A DNA stretch of 64,000 bases from Macrostomum lignano (Eukaryota). Below the pieces are notes generated by a model. That model made no database searches. It had not been told where the DNA came from and worked only from the letters and a program-made list of their open reading frames with translations. Numbering within the stretch: the first letter of the stretch is position 1; every line of letters begins with the position of its first letter. The translations under genes were made by a program, and so were the position numbers. Shown piece after piece: positions 62,218 through 64,000 of this stretch. Where the stretch lies: positions 117,152 through 181,151 of the forward strand of contig NIVC01001918.1 in assembly GCA_002269645.1 (NCBI GenBank), given 5' to 3'.

Positions 62218-62311
62218 AACACCCTTCCTGCACGCACCGGTGGTGCTTGGCAGACGGGTCGACTTTCTGCGCCTGTATAATACGGTAGCGTCTCTTGGCG
62301 GCTACAGACGG
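62218..62311 (+). CDS. ARID2: ARID2 coding exon 2
   Basis: TPFLHAPVVLGRRVDFLRLYNTVASLGGYRR (ARID core); TTTTTAG acceptor, GTGAGT donor, phases consistent. Confidence 0.88.
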
Positions 62312-62776
62312 GTGAGTTGGTAGCGTTATTTGAATTCATGCGTTTGCTTGACTGTGTGGGGGTCGCTTTTTAAGTGGCAGAACTTAGATAAATAGGCCCA
62401 TAAATATATGGTAGAATCTTTTTAAGTGTCTCGGACAGCGGGACCCCTTGACCCCCTCCCCAGAGATCCCCCCGTAGCGACAAGACGACCCACACAGGGC
62501 TCTGAGTTTCTCAACGTCGGGCAGGACCTTCGATGGGGGGGGCTGCCTGAATCGCCCGAAAGGCCAGTCTACTACAGAATTCTCTTATAGAATCTCCCAG
62601 CCTCCCATTTATCTTCTCTGCAACTCGGCACCTCCCCTTTGCCCCAATAGGGGCGAAGTGTCCCATTATCCGACAGAATCCCGCTTTAAATTAGGTCATC
62701 AGCTAATTCAGATGACAATGAACTTTTATTATCCAATATCCATCATGTTCTCATTGTTTTCATTATCTAATATCAG

Positions 62777-63364
62777 GTGAACGATGCAGAGGACTGGTAC
62801 GCTGTCCTGGAGTCCATGGGCCTGTACAAGTACTGCGCCAACGCAGAGATGGCTATTAGACAAGTGTACCTGCGCTATCTGGAGCCCTTCGAACGGCATC
62901 GCAGCATCACCAGCACGAACCGGACAAAGATCTGTCCGGCTTTGTCCGCCCGCCCTACGACGAAGATAGCAACGACGCGCGAATCGTCAATGTCGATGTC
63001 GATGTCGTCTCGAGTTAAGCGTTCGCAGAGTTCGCATCGGAGACCTCCAATGCCGCGGCGGTTGCGCTGCGGCGGCTGCTGGCACCGCTGTACCAGGCGA
63101 ACTGGCCTGTCCAGCTGTCTACAATGTGCAGAGCCACATACTGGCAGCGCATATGCGCGAGCAGTGGGGCTTGTCCTGCGATTAGTTGACTCCACAGAAT
63201 TGGCTTCCATGGAGAAGGCGCTGCTGTGCGGACTGCCAACGAAGTTGACTTTGCCATCAATGCCTGCCTGTTGATGTCTTATCAGCCTGGTGGATTCCAG
63301 CTGCTGTCCAATCCGAGAATTCTCGAACTGCTGGCGCCGCTCACGCTGGGCGTGGTTCGATTCT
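62777..63364 (+). CDS. ARID2: ARID2 coding exon 3, with several apparent 1-nt indels
   Basis: WYAVLESM...CANAEMAIRQVYLRYLEPFE; in other frames YNVQSHILAAHMREQWGLS and ALLCGLP/NEVDFAINACLLMS, an ARID2-type motif; donor at 63365. Confidence 0.82.
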
Positions 63365-63384
63365 GTGAGTTTGGGGCATGGCTG

Positions 63385-64000
63385 GCGGGCACTGGCAGAT
63401 CACTGGCTGAAAGGTCAGTAGCGGGCAGTGGCAGATCACTGACTGAAGGATTAGTAGGGCAGGCACTGGCAGATCACTGCTGAAAGGTCAATGGGGCAGT
63501 TGGTAGAATCACTGAAGGATTAGTGGGGGGCAGTGGAAGTCACTGAAGGATCAGTGGGGGCAGTGGCAGATCACCGAAGGTCAGTGGGGGGGAGTGCAGA
63601 TCACTGACTGAAGAAGATCAGTAGGAGCAGTGGTAGATCACTGAAGGATCAGTGGGGGTAGTGGCAGTCACTGAAGGATCAGTGGAGGCAGTGGCAGATC
63701 ACTGAAGATCATGGGTAGTGGCAGATCACTGAGAGATCAGTGGGGGCAGTGGCAGATCACTGAAGGATCAGTGGGGCAGTGGCAGATCACTGAAGGATCA
63801 GTGGGGGCAGTGGCAGATCACTGAAGGATCAGTGGGAGCAGTGGCAGATCACTGAAGGATCAGTGGGAGCAGTGGCAGATCACTGAAGATCAGTGGAGCA
63901 GTGGCAGATCACTGAAGGATCAGTGGAGCAGTGGCAGATCACTGAAGGATCAGTGGGCAGTGGCAGATCACTGAAGGATCAGTGGGGAGTGGCAGATCAC
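63385..64000. repeat. 30-31-bp minisatellite (GCAGTGGCAGATCACTGAAGGATCAGTGGGG) with many single-base indels, runs off the window end
   Basis: Directly visible. Confidence 0.92.

Overview
Eukaryotic, spliced, very repeat-rich animal DNA. A free-living flatworm such as Macrostomum is my inference from the PEPCK N-terminus, the GC-rich exons and the minisatellite-filled introns; the sequence alone does not prove it. Conserved genes I could reconstruct with consistent GT-AG splice phases: first coding exon of a TRPC/TRP-gamma channel (minus strand), complete 5-exon CEP76 (676 aa), complete 4-exon GTP-dependent PEPCK (633 aa), and the 5' part of ARID2 (frameshifted near the window end). Between CEP76 and PEPCK lies an accessory island built on a tandem segmental duplication (about 16.2-23.05 kb and 23.7-39.4 kb). 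The duplicated unit carries the CEP76 last exon, a 95-aa secreted six-Cys orphan (gene X) and a roughly 220-aa orphan (gene Y) with a patch of 8 nonsynonymous versus 1 synonymous difference between copies. The second copy holds about 7.4 kb of nested transposons: a 5'-truncated Ty3/gypsy whose LTR contains a Tc1 foldback next to the TATA box, an IS630/Tc1-like element with a hAT-like MITE in its TIR, and a Crypton-like relic. Further on are a 243-aa secreted helical orphan (gene Z), an intronless alkaline phosphatase with one frameshift, a hAT-like MITE carrying a piggyBac relic, and other Tc1/MITE relics. Most long ORFs in the supplied track are artefacts of tandem repeats. No rRNA, tRNA or CRISPR array is supported. 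All family assignments come from motif recall, not database searches.
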